Shown here: positions 47,801-61,400 of the stretch, one piece after another
Numbering within the stretch: the stretch's first letter is position 1
Layout: each line of letters starts with the position of its first letter
Assembly: GCA_036172245.1 (NCBI GenBank)
Contig: JAYWIR010000002.1
Coordinates: forward strand, 2,604,001 to 2,668,000
Reading direction: 5' to 3'
DNA from: Raillietiella orientalis
Lineage: Eukaryota
Length of the DNA: 64,000 nt
Notes under the pieces: model-generated
Told to the model about the DNA's origin: nothing
What the model saw: only the letters and a program-made list of their open reading frames with translations
The model's database searches: none
Made by a program: the position numbers and the translations under genes

Positions 47801-50800
47801 GCGCGCGCGCGCAGTCGCCCCTTCCGTCTTCTCTCCGTTTTTCGCCTTTCCCGCCCACCGCCCTCCCCCTCGCGCTCTGGAGAAGAGGAAGGAACTTCGC
47901 CTCCTTTCCTCCCCGGACACCACAGAGGAGAGGGGAAGCGCTGGAATGGTACAGGAGGGGGGGGGGAAGGAGAGGGGATCGCCGGGAATCCTTCTTTCCT
48001 CGTTCCCGGCTCCGGTTGGCCTGCCCGCCCGCCCGCGCGCGGGCGGGCGGGAGATCCTCGAGGGAGCGAAACGTCCGCGGGCGCCTCCCGGTGCTCCGCG
48101 AAGCGCGCGAGGCGTAATTCGATTTCTCCTCCCTTCCGGGAAGACCGGCCGTCCCCGCTGCTCGCAGATTAATGCGTCTTCATCATCTGCGAAACACTTA
48201 TTCCCCGAAACGGGAGCGGGGGGATCTCCGTTCCCTTCCCTTTCTCTCTCTCCCTTTCGAATTTGCAAGTCTTCAGGGAATGCATGCGCGCGTCTTATTG
48301 ATCGCCCCGTCCTAAAGAGGAAGAGGAAACCATCCGGGCTGGCTCCGAGGAGAGGCGCTCCCTGAGTCCTCCTCATCCTGCGCGCGCGGGATGGGGAAGG
48401 AGAGATCGTCTAATGACTCCCCTCCCTCCTCCCCCTTCCTTCCTCCCTCCCTCGCCATCCCGGGAGCGACCCGGACGAGCCGCAGGGCTCAGCAAGCTCC
48501 TCCTGCTCCACTGCCTCAGGGAAGAGGGGGAGGGAGGAGAAGGAGGGAGGAGAAGGAGGGAAAGGGGGAGTGGCGGCTGCCTCTGCTCCCTTGATCGGTG
48601 CCGGGCAGGAGGGAAGGGAAGAAGGAGGAGAGACTGCGCAACCCTCTCCCGGAAAAAAGAGGAACGAAAATCTCCAGGAGGACCCAGGTAGCCTTAGGGT
48701 TAATTGTTCCATCCTTCTCTGGAGGCGAAAAACCGCGCGCAGTGTCCCCTTGGGGAGAGCAGAAGCTGCAAGCGGGACACACGCCCTTTCTCGGGATGAC
48801 CTGGCCCAAGGGATAGAGCGCCTCTCCCTTTCCTCCACCCGTTTGCGCTCCCTCTCCGGATTCCCGTGCCTTCTTCGGGATCGAGAGGGGCACCCGGTGG
48901 GAGGCGAGCTCCCTCCCAACGCGCAAGTCGCTCTGGGGCTCAGAGCGGTCCCTTCCGTGCTCAGGAAACTCCCGAGGAGGGGGATCGGAACGCACGGTTT
49001 CCTGCTCTCGCTCCCTCTTACGATCACCCTTTTCTGAGAGCGACGGTGCAAGGAGCAGGGCCCCACCCTCACTCTCCCCCTACGAGAACCCGTCCAGGAA
49101 GGGGGAGAGCGCTCCCCAGGATGAGCGCCACTGCCACCGTCGTTTCCCAGGAGGGGGATCTTTCGCTGTACAGGAAGGAAGGAGGGATGGAGGGAGGGGG
49201 AGGGAGGAGGAACGCAGGGAAGAGAAAAGCTGCTTCTCCGAGAGGCGGTTTCTTTCGTCCCGATGCTCTCCTCTGGGACCTCGGCAAGCCGCGCCTCGGG
49301 GTGGCAGGCCAACGTCCTCCCCGCCTCCCCTTGCAGCCAATGGCGTGACGCGATCCGTTCCCGCGGAGTGCGGTTGCGTGCGTGAGGAGAGGGAAGGGGG
49401 CTGGGGGGGGGGGGGGACGAGAGCTGGGAAGAAAATAAATGGAGAGGAAAATGGGTTCAAGCGGTTCCCGGAAAAAAAACAAAAATTAGCGGATCGCAAA
49501 TTACGAAAAAGGAGGAAAGCGAAAGAAGGAGAGAGAAGAGAGGGGAAGAGGATTGGGGAGGGGGCGGGGTGGAACAGGAGGAAGTGGAGGACGGTAAAAA
49601 GGAAAAAGGAAGAAAGCCGCACAAGCGGTCCCCATAATTGGGGTTTCTTCCGTCCACCCTTAAATCACATCCCTTCTCCGTGGCGCGTCCTCCTCCAGGG
49701 ATGAATGGGGAGCTGCCGCAGCATCCGGAATTTATGCGTCTTCGGGAAGCGTCGTTTGCCACGCGGTGACAGGCGAAATGGCGAACGGTTTCCTGGAAAA
49801 ATGATACGTCTCGGGAGAACGGGACTCCTGGGTCCCGAGACGCCACTTCATCCAACCGGGAAGCAAACACTTTCGTTCCCGTTTTCGTTATCGCGGCAGG
49901 GACGCGGGCGAGAAGCGATCTCGCGCGCGAAAGATGGTGGGGGAGAGGGGAGAGGGGGAGGAGGATTCTGGAGAAGAGAGAAAGGAGCGCGTGAAGCGGC
50001 GCACGTGGGAGGGCGCGTTTAGTTCCTCTTCGCCGGAAAGTTGACTCTCCCCACTCTTTCTCGTTCTCTTCCAAGGGAGGAACGTCCCCCTCCTCCCTCC
50101 CTCTCCTTCTCCCTTCCTTTTGACCCTCTCTTCGTCTCATCCCACGAAAGGGGGTAGGAATACCCTTTTCCCGTCTCTCCCCTTTTTGCGGCTGACGTTC
50201 GCAGCCTCTCCACCCCCTACCTTCTCCAAGATCCCGAGAGTCTTGCTTCTGCCTCCCCCATTCCTCCCTCGTTCCTCCCTCTCGCATCTTCAGCTCTATC
50301 GAACAATATGAGAGGAACAGAGGTATTCTGGACCCTTTCCCCGCTCCCTGAGACTCCTCCTTGTGTGATTCCTGTGATCCTCTGAGCACAGAGCGAGCGA
50401 CCTCCGCGGTTATCCCTTGCGGCTACGGGCAGGATCGCTGCGCCCGTGGGGAACCCCTGCTGATCCTGGCGAGTCCCCAAGGATGCGAGGAGGCGGGGCT
50501 GGCTCTCTCCCTCCCTCCCCAGCGTCTCCTCCTCTGAGTGTGGTAGGGTCATCGGAAGCCTCTTTCCAGACTGATGGTGGAACGATCTCCCCGCCCACGC
50601 TCCTCTCCCGGATCCACCTCTTTCGGCTTTCTCCTTCCTTCGTTTCTGCTCCTATTCTCTTCTCCTCCTCTCCTTCCCCCTTCCTTCGAGATTCCTTTGG
50701 GGACGAAACCGGGGTGGTCCCTTTTCGGTCGAAGGAAACCGTTTGCTCGCGTTTTCCCCCCGGACTCTGGGCGAGTTGCCGCCGGCGGCTCCCTCCTTCC

Positions 50801-52609
50801 CCTGCTCTGCCTCCCCCCTTCAAGTGCAAACGGTCATTGGAAGCTCTCCTGCGGGGGCCCACGGAGCAGTGGCCGATTACTTCCGCTTCGCGGCGGTGAG
50901 GGAGTCTCGGGATCATTAGCATGTCCCGCGGTGGGGACGGCGGAGCGGAGAGCGCGTCTCGCTTTCTGGAGCTCGAGGCTGTCCTTGAGTGGGTGGTTTC
51001 CGCGGTGGGGCACAGGCCTCTTCTTCTCCTCTCCTCCCCTTCCATCGCCTCCTTCCTTGTTCTTCTCCCATCCTTCATCTTCCTCGGATTCCAGCAGCTT
51101 TTCTCCAGCGACTGGAAATGGTCGGGATGCGACAAGAGGGATCTGGAATGGCTGCAAAAGAACCCCAGGCTCAATCCTCCCCTTTTTCTTCCTCTATCGC
51201 CAAGTGGATTAGGATCATAAGGGCGTCGGAGGGAGCGGAAGAGGAGGGGGGGAGGAGGAGGAAGGGAGGTGGAGGAGAAAGGGAAGTGAAGGAGGAAAGG
51301 AGGTGGAGGAGGACAAGAGGATCGACAAGAGAGCGGAGGACTGCTCGGAAGTCTCCGCCACCCGAAGGATGGGAGGTTTCTCGCACAGGCGGCCCGGAAC
51401 GCCCTCGGGAGCGGGAACACTCCAAAAGCCCCCGGGGAAGGGATAGTTGGGAGTAAGGGGATGAGACGAGGGAGACGGGAGTCGGACGCTCGGATGGAAG
51501 GCTGCTGGAATGCCTAGCAGCCCGGCGCGCTCTTCGAGCATCACCTGGGACCCCAAGAGCAGATCAACCTTCCCGTGGGTGGCGTCTTCGAATAGACGGG
51601 CAGCTGCGGTTGGGAGATGGGAGAGAAGGAGGAGAGCGAGATTTTGTCTGGAAGAGCAGGGTCACGCAGCTAGAGGCAAGGACGAGGGGAGGGCTCGGGA
51701 TCCAGGAAGAACCCGTTTTCTCTTGCTGCCATTGAGTGTTCCCGCTCCTCCCGTGGTTCCCTTCTGGAGACTCTCAAGTGCTATCGACCCCTGTGGAAAC
51801 TTCCGGCGCTCAGACAGCTGACTGATCCTCCAGGCTGACCAAGCTCGGGTTATTCTCGCAGCTCGAGGCGATCCCTGAGATGCCTCCACCCCTTTGTCTC
51901 CTGTTCCATTCGGGATGGCCCCAATGGCTTCAGCCACCTTCAGCCTCCGGCGCTACCCTTTTGAACCGAAGGTCCACCTGAAGGGAACAAGCAGAGATCA
52001 GCAGTCCCCGCACCGCCGGCTTCCGCTTCCCTCGGGCTGAAAAACACCTTTCCGGAGGGATGAGCCTTGCCCAACAGCAGTGCCATCCGCTACCTAAGAA
52101 AGCTCTCTCCCAGAGGAAGAGCCTGCAGCAACAGGACCCTGCTTCATAGGACGCATGGTGAGACGCCATGGGGCCTCCCTCCCGCATGCCGGTCGGAAGG
52201 GGGAAATGGGGTCTCCTTCGCAGCTCTGGAGGTGACTTTCTCAGTCGCGGAGGGGATTCTCGAACCACTCCCAAAGACTCCGCTCCGAATGCTGTGGATA
52301 GGCGGAACCCGGAGATCCCGTGTTTCTGACATCGGCACACCGCCGTCCTGCTGGTGGCTCTCTGAAGACTTCCTCGGAACGAGGGACGTCATCTCGCCTT
52401 AGAAGGGGGTATTTCCTAAATCATACTTCATCAGGATCTTTGATGGAGTGTGATTTTCACGAATTTCCAAGGAATTGACCTTATAATGAGGTAGTGAATT
52501 CCTACCCCCGCCCCCCCCCCCCATCTCGCGCGTTGCTGGGATTCTCGCCTTTCTCGATTCGGACTGCAGCAAGGATGGGTGCTCACCCCTCCTGGCACTC
52601 CCGTTCGCC

Positions 52610-55465
52610 TCTCCGGAACCACCGGTCGGCGATCCCCTGCGGCATGTAAGCGGCCACGATGCCGAACGGGAAGAAGGGTGCGTTGCCGCCACCTCATCCT
52701 GGGAGCCACCTCCCTCCTGAGGGGAGCGGTGGAATGGTGCGACCTCATGGGGTGTGAAATGCAGGAGGCGCCTTGGGAAGACTTGGATCATCATGGCTCG
52801 AAACCAGTGACAGTGCTCCATCCCGCCCTCTCTTGTCTCCCCTCTTCCGATGCAGGACCTCTGGGACCATGTTCCTCACACAAGGTATGAATCGGTCAAT
52901 TCCTTCCCGTACCCATTTCATTTACGTATTTGAAATAGACAATACGGGATACAAAGGTTTTGGTAGGCTCCGCTTCTTTCTTTTTACTGAAGCACTCCAG
53001 GGATTTCGGGGTGGAGAATTGACTCTGAAGTTGCAGTCGCCGCTTTTACTTGGAAACAACCTAGGCTACCGCAGCACCCAACACACTGGAGCCATCTGCC
53101 TCATCATCCCCGAAGGGCAGTCGTTTGGGAGCCACGGTCCCTGCACCACTGGGAGGTTCTTCCGAACCATCCGACCTTCCTTCCTCCCGTAGGTCTCTCT
53201 TTGCGTGCCTTCAGGTGGCCGCTGATACAGAGAGAGAGCTCCGCTCTCTCTTGATTCGCCCACGATGAACAGCCGACGCCGGTCTGCTCCTCCTGTAATC
53301 TTCCATGATTTTCCTCCCTTCCCGGAAGCAGGATACCTCGTATCTCTGGGAAAGAGGGAAGTCAGGTGGTTTGGAGAACCCTTCGTAGAGGGCTCTCTTC
53401 ATCTCCCTTGCTGCTTCCGTCCGAGTTTCCTCCTCTTCGGGAGCTGTCGGGTCACCTCCCCGAGGACTGCGCGTAGCCGTGAGGAATTTGACCCGGTTGT
53501 ACCCACCCCTACTCTTCTGAAAGAAAAGTGGGATGCGGTGGGGAAGAAACGAGGGCGTACGTGAAAAGCAGGATTTTCAAGATCTTTTTCTGTTTCCACG
53601 TCCTCAGCTTTCAAGATCGCATCTGCTCTTTCCGCTGCAGGTGTGAGAGAAGAGAACAGAGTCCGCGCTATCGGCAGCAGATCACCCTTCTCGATGCTGC
53701 GCCAGGGAGTTGTCTTCCCCGAGCTGCTCAGAAACTCCCCGCCCCCTTTCTGGAATCTCCGCAAGATGGGGCAGTCGCGCGCATTCGGAGGAGACGCGCA
53801 CGGAAAATCTCACGTCATCTCCATCCAAGAAAGAGGAAACTTTTCTTTCCGATTCCGGACGATTCCTCCGAAGGCTCCTGCATCCATTCTCCCCTCCTCC
53901 CTGCCCCCCTTCTTGGAGCTCTGAGTCACGGGGCGAAACATTTGCTCTTCCTGTGCCCTCTTTCTAAATCTGGCTGCCTGTTCAGCACCGAAGATCCCTA
54001 GACCGCGCCCACCTGTTCTTCGAAATTTCGGCTCCCAGTGAGTCGGCGCGTGCTGCGCTCTTCCCAGTGCTCCCGTGGTACCATCTTTCAAAGACCCATA
54101 GTCCTCTCCGTTCTGTTACAGCTCCACTCTTGCCTCGGATTTCTGTGCGGAAGATCGGAGACCGGAAGAAAAGCTTACTTTACCGGTGTTCCCGAAATTT
54201 TCTCCGCCATCCGCTCCGTGATAAAGAAAAGAATCTGCTTCTGGCAGGCTCGTCCGTTTCCTCTTGTTCGGCACGCAATGAAATGGACCTTTCTGGTGAT
54301 AAATCGAGGGGGACAGCCTTCGAGAGCACGAAGAGGGCCACACATCCTGCACCGATGGTTGACTCTGGCTGCTACTGGATGTGGCCCCGCGCACGCAACG
54401 CTCCCCCGGTCTACAGTGTACACTCAACAAGTACAGACGGGAGTGGTGGCTCCTGATTCTGGATGTAGTAGGACTGGTAAAGCCTCAGGAAAAAACACCA
54501 CTGAAGAAGGCAGGAACTGAGAGGGGAAGAAGAAGAGGATTTGAAGTGTTGGGGTGTTGGAGCAGATGAAGCTGGGACACGGGCACGTCGAGCCGCTCCA
54601 TGGCGATCGTCGTGAACAGCTTTGTGGACAGCATCTTCGAGCGGGTCGCTGCAGGAGCTTCCTCCCTGACCCAGCACGACGATCATTGCCCACGCGAGGC
54701 GCACAGGAGACTGTGAATCTGCCGCTTTCCTGGCAACTGGCCGGGCACACCGTCTCGAATGCCACGGAAGCGGTGACCAAGTGCCCGTGCCCGAAGTCAG
54801 AGCCGCGCGCAGCTGACATTGTCTGGTCATCTTGCTTGTCCAAACGGACTACTGATGATCGCGAAGAGGATCTCACGGAAACCAGGAAAGCTCCTCTCGC
54901 TTCCTCGTTCTCTCCCTTCCCATTCTTCACTAGGCGTCCGAAGAGGGGACACTCTGACGTCGCTCTCCATCTCTTTCTGTCCGGATCTTCCTCCTTTGAT
55001 TTCTTCTCTTATCTATGAATGCAGAAGCGCGAAGCTGAGCAAAGGATCGTGGTTCCTTTTAGCATCCAGCCGCTATGTGGATGGTCGCAGGGACAGACAG
55101 CATCGGTGCGGCAGCAGAGTCCCAGAGCCCTCTTCTGCAAAATCCACCTCTTCCAATGACCACTCAGTAAAGGAATTGACCGATTCATACCTTGTGTGAG
55201 GAACATGGTCCCAGAGGTCCTGCATCGGAAGAGGGGAGACAAGAGAGGGCGGGATGGAGCACTGTCACTGGTTTCGAGCCATGATGATCCAAGTCTTCCC
55301 AAGGCGCCTCCTGCATTTCACACCCCATGAGGTCGCACCATTCCACCGCTCCCCTCAGGAGGGAGGTGGCTCCCAGGATGAGGTGGCGGCAACGCACCCT
55401 TCTTCCCGTTCGGCATCGTGGCCGCTTACATGCCGCAGGGGATCGCCGACCGGTGGTTCCGGAGA
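52610..55465. repeat. inverted repeat pair, arms 52610-52905 and 55170-55465 (296 bp, apparently identical)
   Basis: Reverse-complement match; identical translated peptides in the ORF track on opposite strands. Confidence 0.97.
54480..54800 (+). pseudogene. histone H2B-like relic (one of the best-preserved copies), frameshifted
   Basis: VLEQM, DTGTSSRSMAIVVNSFVDSIFERVAAGASSL, QLAGHTVSNATEAVTK colinear with H2B. Confidence 0.92.
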
Positions 55466-58400
55466 ATCGAACTCAGCAGAGAAACGAGCGTCGCGGACGA
55501 ATCTCTCCCAGCAGAGGTTTGCATTCATTTTTCAGATGCCAGGAAAACTCTGCCGCTTGTCATATGCTGTGGGCACTCTTGCTGGATGCTAAGCTGCTGA
55601 GAAGAAATCTGAAAGCAGCAGCGTATCCTTGAAGTCGCCCCCGTGGAGAGTGCTGGCTGCTGAATGGTTGAGATCTGTGGTATTCCTCTAGCCAAACATG
55701 AGTCAGCAAGCAATGAACAGTGAACAGGAGGGAATGCTTGTCTGAGTCAGCAAATGGGATGTCGGTTGCGTGCTCGCTCCCAGTGGCGAAGCGAAGATTC
55801 CCCTCTGAAAAACAAGGGCCGCCTCACTGTCGTCGTCCTCGATGCTTCTGAAGCCAGAATTCCTCTCGGCTTTCTCTGGTCCTCTCCCTACTCTCCATGG
55901 TCGCACGGAACAACCTGAGGATCGCTTCGAACGTGATTCAGGCAGATTACCAATATCAAAATCCTCCGCCAGATGTCTTCAGCTCTCGAAGCAACCCTCC
56001 GAGGTGCTACGCAGCTCCGCTCTAGCGGACCTTCTTCGCGCCGTCCAAATCCTGTGCTTGCGCATGCAGATCCTATTCCAGCCGTGATTGGTCAGTTTCA
56101 GATCGGAACGATGCAGAAAGGAAGCATCCCTCATTGTGCTGCAGTGCGAGAGAAGGAACCGGAAGTGATGCGGTTCCGCGAGGGGCTGACTACATGAACA
56201 TTCGACCCGCGAACAAGCCTCCATATTTCGGAGAGGAGCAATCCACAACGTTCTGAGTCCCTTTTCCACGATGCAGCGGCTTCTGCCTCATGAATTCATC
56301 CCATGAGGCAACTTTTCCCACAGCAACGATCATAGTGTCAGCATTCCGCCGCCAATGCGGCATTTGACAGTCCACGGAGGCGTAAATGCATCCAGGGACC
56401 CCTCTCCATGGAAGCACGTAGCGGTTCCCCACTTTTGCCATTGATGGGATGTCTTCCTGTTCTTCCACTGTCCATTGAAAACATTGCCATGTCTTGTTTC
56501 TGCTGGATGGCCTCTCGTTTGTGTGCTCTTGAATACCATTCTAAGGATCCTGAAAAGGATACTCATCTTCGAAATCTTCCTCCATTTCCTCCTTCAGGTT
56601 GTCATCTCGTCGCTTCATATTGCAAAAAGGTGCTTAGTTGTATGAAAGAAGTGCTGGACATCTGAGTCTTCGTACTTGTTCTCTTAAGCGCACCCAGATC
56701 TGACGATTATCCCTGATATCACTCGAACGGATTCTCTCTCCGGCTGCTTCGGTCGAGTGTCCTCCGAGCAGGTCGATAATAAATAAGACTACTGCTTGAT
56801 GGCATGCAAGACAATTGATACGAGATCCTCGTTTCCGAATCCTTCTCCTAGACAGCAGCACAGCTGCCACGATGCCTTTCATGCACGGTCAAAACGATTG
56901 GATAACATCCATCTTTTTGAAATGCTGTTATCCATCTTTAACGACCTTCAGCTACTCAATCCGCTGTCCGTGATCACTGGTGAGGTTTGCATCGCCCACC
57001 AACGGTTCTTTTGGGGCTTCAATACCGCCTCTCCGTGACCTCGTACTCACACAAAGCCGATGAACTTTCCTTGTTCGCATAGCTACTGGTTCTTTAATTC
57101 TCGTGAGGCTGTGCTTTCAATTCGTCCTCTTCCTCCTGGCAGATAGGAAAAAGGTTCAAAATGCTCTTCACTGCAGATCCTTCCCTCTTTTTAGACTGAA
57201 GGCAAGAACGATGTTTCTTCTTCTGACCACGTGGGTTCGTTGGAATGGATTTTCGAGTGTAATCTTCATCGCCAGATGGTGCAGACTAGAGAGATTAGCA
57301 CGCGGTCGCGTCCTCATGTCTTGCGACACCTACCTGACAGCAACTATCTCACACAGGCCGATAAAACCGATGCTGCTTTCAAGAAAACAGCTCGAAGAAG
57401 GCTCCGTAATGTTTTTTCTACGTCTTCCGGTTCTTGCAGGGAATTTTCGCATAATCCTACAGAATCCTTTATTGTGACCTGATTGGAAGGACATCATTGC
57501 TTTTTTATTTTTGGAAGAAAAGGAGTAAGACATTTAAAAATGGCCTTCTCTAAACCGTTGGAAAACCCTTTATCATGGAGGGTCCGCTCCATACCATCCT
57601 CTCCTAAAAACAGGTTCAAGTTGCTGTTTTCCTCGGTTGTGACGTCAAGAGAATATGCATTCCATCTCCTGATCATCCACTCCTCTGATCGTATTATTTC
57701 ACAGTTCTTAATAGATCATTGCCATCAAGAAATGACTCCGCGGCCATTTCTTGACGTGCCCACCCCTATTGTTTCCCATTTAACCTCTTGTCTCCATTCA
57801 GCAAGCTGCTCCTGGTGCTTCCCTCGATCACTGGTTCGAAACCCCGCCGATTGTCGATTTCTCACCTTTCTGACATCAGAGATCGGAGGAGCTGGATTTT
57901 CGCGTTATCCCAAATACTAGAAGAAAAGGCCACCTCAGAGATCTCGCGTCGTGCAACCGAAAAAAATTGCCGAGAGGAACTCCCCTGCGAAAGTTTCGAC
58001 CGAAAGTCATTCGGCGTGAATCTCTTGCCCCCACATGCAGCTCCCCCGAACAGCTGCCGCTCGCGGGACAGTCTGTTTCAAGTTTGCAAAAGATCCCGGA
58101 AGTGCACGAATGCCCGCCGCCCCGTGCGTGGATCGTTTGTTTCGAATTCCTGAAGAGGTGATGGTTTTCCCTAGCATTTTTTCCCAGCTCTCCAATGCGC
58201 TTCGCGTCCAGTTCTCGCAGAGCAGGTTCTTGCAGTTCCCACGACGCTTTCCTCTGGGTAATCCGGAATATCTTCTCGTCTTCATTCGCAGCCTCATGCC
58301 CACGAGAATCAGATTCGAGAATTCGTAACACATGATTCAAGAGCTGAACCCCATCATTCCGGCTTTGCTCCGCGCTACGGAAGATAAACTCAGGTAATGA

Positions 58401-61400
58401 ATTGTGCTGAAAGAGCCCCTTCTCGAAGAAGAGGAAGAAGGAGAAGAAGGAGAAGGAGAAAAAATAGGATAGAAGGCTAATTAGTGCTTGTACGCGTGCT
58501 TCGAGAGGATTGTAAAGTTTGAATGCCTTTGTAAACATTGAATGCCTACTCTCTCCTCCGAGTTTATTTGAAGCAATCCACAGAGAATCTTACGGTGCAG
58601 TCGCTTTCTTGGCAACCAGAATTTTCGTAAATTACCGAAAGGATTTGAAGATCATTTTGGATACACAACGCGGGTTTGATACATTTTGTCTGTGTCTGTT
58701 TTGTAACACGAGAATTGGAACTATGAAATCCCCCTTTCTTTTTTAATTCGTGATGCCCGTCGAATCTAAGAACAGTGATTACAGACCTGTTCCCTTTTCC
58801 TGATTGGTGCAAGCGTACTAGAAGGAAACGCCATAAAAAAAGATAGCATGATTACATTTCCCTGATACTCAGAGCTTAATGTTATGCAAATGACTTCGGA
58901 AAGATATGCATGGCTCGATCTCGCATCCGTTTCGATGCTCACTTCCGAGAAAAAGCATCGAAACTCAGATGAAACTTTGCATTTTCAAAAATTTCCAGCA
59001 AATTCCATTACGAATGGCTCAGGTTATTCAATCCTTAAGAAAGATTAAAGTCATGTTCTCCCTACTTACAAATGAGCATTTTTTTTTTTTTTTTTAAAAA
59101 AAAAAAAACGCTTGTACGAGAAGCACCGAGAAGGGTGCGTTCCGTATTTTAACATCAATCATGTGTATCTGAATGGATCGCGGCAAGATCTCCTCCTCAC
59201 TTCCTGTTCCAGCATTTAATAACTCTAAGAAAGCGTCCAATGCAGCCATTGCATTTCAATAAAAACATGTCTGTCACTGGATTTGCCCTGGTTCTCACTC
59301 TCCAAGCCTCTAAGCTTTAAGGTGAGAGCATGTTGTCTCGAGTACAGAAACAAACAAAGAAACGCTATGGCGTGCTTAGGAGTTGCAGACGTCAGCACAA
59401 AAGACGGAAGCTGTGTGACGAGGGGCTTCCCATCCTGAATAGGTGGATTCTGAAACCCAAACGGCATCGGACCCACAGAGGAGTTCGTGTCTGAAGTAAA
59501 CTCCACTTTTAACTGTTGAACAAAGCCATGGAAGACACTCTTCAACAGGTAAACACATGTTTTCGTGTAAGCCAAAGTGGAAACCATGGAAACAAGAACC
59601 CAAACAGCCTGAAAGTGAACCCTTACAGTGAGGCCATGCCATTAATGTTATGTTCCATTTGAAAAGATGTGTTTACCAAAACACTATCGGGAGATTAGAT
59701 GAAGCAGGGAGTTTACGGTTCAAGAAGCCACTGGCAGCGGTCGCAAAAACGAGATGAAAAAACACGTCATCTGAAACGGTATCCCATAAGAATGTTTCTT
59801 AACCGCGCTCACAAACCACGCATCTTCAATGAGGAATATTAAAGATGTGACATGGGGTTACTCTTTTCGACCACGTCTGTGCAAAGCACGTCTTGAAATG
59901 CGAATGTACGAACCAAGGATAAATCAATCTCGTCTTTTTTTTCCTTTCCTGCAGCCCAGCATTACGCATAAATAATTTCTCTTCTTCTTACCGTGTGTGA
60001 CTATTTATCATGTATCCAAGTTCCATATCATTGTACAACAAATCTCTTTTGTCTTTTTCGAGCTTGTAATCCGACATCATTAAAAATGGATCGTTCCTGT
60101 TGATGGAACCAATGTTTCCTTTGTTTTCAAAGAACAAAGGACAAGGACTCAACAACAAATGCTGACAGTGATCCAATTGCACAAGAATAAGTAATAACTG
60201 GCAGGACTGCTTCCTGTGAAGATGGAACGTGGCCCCTGCGCAGATCAAAAGTGAGTTCGAGCCACGTCGGTTGATCGCAGCCGCTGCAGCAAAGATGTTT
60301 CATTGCGCTCGAAGCCTCAAAAACGGATGAGTGGACGAGAGCTCCAAAAGAGGGGTGCAGAGTCGACATCTTCGAATTCGTCCCTCATTTAGTGAGAGCA
60401 GCACCGTTTTGAAATATTTTCGCAGCTGGAGAGCTCTGTGGGCTGGACGATCGATGCATAAGGGAGCTCTTTGGCTGCAGCGTCGTATCTCCATATATCC
60501 TTTGCGATACCCTTCCATTTTTACGGAAGGAAAGAGCGTGTTACTCTCTGTCGCGCTGTTGCGTCTCTGGACGATTCCACACACAGTCGCGTGCATCCTG
60601 GTGTTTGACGAATGGTTCGAAAAAGATGGGAGCATCTCCGAAGCATCCCTTGGCTTCCTCTGAGCCAGTGGGATGGAGATTCTTCCCGTTCCGCACGGAG
60701 GAGTCCGATCTTCGCTGTGCGATTTCCGGCCACATTGCGAGCTGCAAGAGAAGGCAACAGGTTCATGGGGGGTCTCCGAAAGATGAGAAGCCGAATTTAA
60801 AGGTGACCTCGATCGTGTGTTTCGGTGGCTGCAACAAAGTGAGTGAAACAAATGGACTGCATCTCGAGGAAAGGAGACCAGCAAGCCACTTTGAAATTCT
60901 ATCGAATGAGAGAATCGAAAATGCAGCTAAGAAATGAATGTCGAGAACCATGGTTGGCATAGCGATCCGTTTCAAATGCCAGCTGTTTCGTTTCGATCAA
61001 CATTTCGTTCCTAGCTTGCTGAGAGTTACACCTTGTCCAAATAATGTACTTCCATTTCTCGAAGAAGCACGCCTGCTAAACAGTGAAACCTGCAGCGACG
61101 CAGAGCTATTGGCAAGACGCGTCCAGAGTCCGATGTTGTCCACTTCGTAAAACGCGATACGCCGGCGTGCAGATTCATGCATCCCGAAAGCACCATAGAT
61201 TTGTGCAGCAGCTCCTTTTCCCAGCGAGTTACTATCGAAAACGCTTCCATTTTTTTCTCCATTTTCTGTCAATAGTGAACAATCTTTTCTTTGCATCATT
61301 ATCCTGAGAACATCAGTTCCTTCACCTTTAATCTACAAATCTTTCACTGCCTCTACTGAAGCCATCCTACATCCTCCACACAGTCTTCTTTGCCTCTATG

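Noticed and set aside
52610-55465. DNA transposon or Pack-type element with terminal inverted repeats capturing an H2B gene
   Set aside because: No target-site duplication or transposase; the arms and interior are in-register parts of the histone array.
56634-56882. NACHT-like VVLFIID motif on -
   Set aside because: Aligns gaplessly to H2A EVLELAGNAARDNKKTRI in the expected array position.
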